A stretch of DNA of 64,000 bases from Minisyncoccia bacterium (GTDB taxonomy: Bacteria; Patescibacteriota; Minisyncoccia; Phycocordibacterales; PALSA-1337). Of the stretch, positions 63,023-64,000 are shown piece by piece (position 1 is the stretch's first letter; every line of letters begins with the position of its first letter). A model generated the notes under the pieces. The model had not been told where the DNA came from. It saw only the letters and a list, made by a program, of their open reading frames with translations, and searched no databases. The position numbers were made by a program, and so were the translations under genes. The DNA lies in NCBI GenBank assembly GCA_049997795.1, contig JBEKVT010000002.1:65664-129663 (forward strand). The letters are read 5' to 3'.

Positions 63023-64000
63023 ATGAACGGCGTGGTTATATCAGCATATGTTGTAATCATCTGGACTGCTGCTGTACTTATTGGCAGTCTAGCTCTAGTT
63101 ATATTTCTAGGTAACAACAAACCTTCTTCGAGGGCTTTCGCCTTTACTATATCCATAGTCACCTTGTGGACAATGAGTGTTGGGCTTTTTACAGCTTCAA
63201 GGGATCCGAATCTTGCTGAATTTTGTATAAAGATGAATTTTTTCCTTGGGAGCGCTATAGCCTCATCATTTTTATATTTTTTCTTCACATTTCCTTACGA
63301 CAAAAGGCCTAACCATAAACTTGCCTTGTCTCTTGTAATGCTCCAACTTATTTTCTTATATTTATATTTTTTTACGAATATCATTGTATATGGACCAGTC
63401 CCATTAACAAATCCTTCTTCTGCTATTTGGTGGGGATGGGGATTGGGTCCAGGATATTTTGTATATAACCTATTCTTTTTCGGTTTTTTCTTGACCGGAA
63501 TCGTACTCTTATATCATAGATACCGTTTAACCAAAGATTATTCTCAAAAGAATAATCTAAAATACATGTTGTCAACAGTGATTATAGGCCTAATCCCGCC
63601 AACGCTTTTTAATCTAATTTTACCTCCATTAGGATATTTTGGTCTTAATTGGGTTGGACCAGCCAGTGGTATGTTCTGGGTACCGATTATGGCCTATTCC
63701 ATCATCCGTTATCATCAAATGAATGTACGGGTGGTGGTTACAGAGGTGCTGGCCATCGGTATGGCGTTCATTTTCTTCATGGACATCTTTATCACGATGT
63801 CGTTCGGTATTTGGGGGCGTATCGGTACCTTCGGGGCTTTCCTTGTTTTGAGCGCATATTTGATTCGCGGTGTTCTCCGGGAAGCTAAGCAGAGAGAACA
63901 GCTCGACGATCTAAACCGAAATCTCGAGCAGAAAGTCGCCGATCAGACGGTGGAGATCAGGAAGTCGTACGAAGCAGAGAAACATGCCCGCGCGGAATTG
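63023..64000 (+). CDS. Second sensor histidine kinase-like protein, 5' part only (runs off the window). It has a polytopic 7TM-type sensor domain paralogous to that of 59019-60623.
   Basis: An open frame from ATG 63023 with no stop before the window end. The start codon is uncertain because the -10-like TATAAT (63019-63024) overlaps this ATG. LVIFLGNNKPSSRAFAFTISIV resembles LIVWLRKPNERLNYGFAVFSLS of the first kinase. After the last TM helix the sequence becomes GC-rich and enters a coiled-coil linker (REAKQREQLDDLNRNLEQKVADQ). Confidence 0.6.
   Translation, partial: MNGVVISAYVVIIWTAAVLIGSLALVIFLGNNKPSSRAFAFTISIVTLWTMSVGLFTASRDPNLAEFCIKMNFFLGSAIASSFLYFFFTFPYDKRPNHKLALSLVMLQLIFLYLYFFTNIIVYGPVPLTNPSSAIWWGWGLGPGYFVYNLFFFGFFLTGIVLLYHRYRLTKDYSQKNNLKYMLSTVIIGLIPPTLFNLILPPLGYFGLNWVGPASGMFWVPIMAYSIIRYHQMNVRVVVTEVLAIGMAFIFFMDIFITMSFGIWGRIGTFGAFLVLSAYLIRGVLREAKQREQLDDLNRNLEQKVADQTVEIRKSYEAEKHARAEL

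Noticed and set aside
63010-63288. 92-aa minus-strand ORF at the start of the second kinase gene
   Set aside because: It is antisense to the long open sensor-domain frame and sits in AT-rich DNA, where random ORFs are short and frequent.
1-64000. rRNA genes, CRISPR arrays, transposases or integrases
   Set aside because: No rRNA-like conserved blocks and no regularly spaced direct repeats. No DDE/tyrosine-recombinase-like ORFs were seen near any island boundary, including the tRNA-flanked island.

Overview
This window reads as a gene-dense, high-GC bacterial chromosome segment with a streamlined housekeeping core. It carries uvrA (3' end), uvrC, ddl, zwf, ychF, leuS, mltG, mnmA, udg, alaS and an infA-rpmJ-rpsM-rpsK-rpsD-rpoA-rplQ-rplM-rpsI-grpE block. 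It continues with dnaK, a dnaJ-like gene, trpS, scpAB, ftsW, murG, gltX, cysS, dnaB, recR and rmuC, plus six tRNAs. Several core enzymes are conspicuously short (UvrC 436 aa, AlaS about 601 aa, LeuS about 807 aa). Shine-Dalgarno sequences are rare, and many genes sit 6-7 nt downstream of a TGnTATAAT-like -10 box, which implies leaderless mRNAs. Together these point to a reduced-genome lineage, possibly CPR/Patescibacteria-like, though I cannot confirm that without a search. Three accessory regions stand out. (1) A 7-kb cell-surface island (2938-10099) lies between tRNA-Ala and a five-tRNA cluster. It encodes a Csc-like set of WxL-domain proteins and a CscA-like anchored protein, followed by an adjacent dockerin-bearing FN3 protein and a cohesin-like membrane-anchored protein. 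(2) A small AT-rich islet (about 45740-46560) carries a homing-endonuclease-like nuclease. (3) A larger low-GC island (about 59806 to beyond 63900) has an alpha-oxoamine-synthase-family PLP enzyme and an amidohydrolase flanked by two paralogous 7TM sensor histidine kinases. The compositional break falls inside the kinase ORFs, exactly at the sensor/kinase domain boundary. Other items: a structured leader with an intrinsic terminator upstream of alaS; an ATP-cone-Mrr nuclease fusion; unusually long nested inverted repeats in two convergent intergenic regions; and tandem promoter/iteron-like repeats upstream of dnaB. No CRISPR array, rRNA or recognisable IS element is present.
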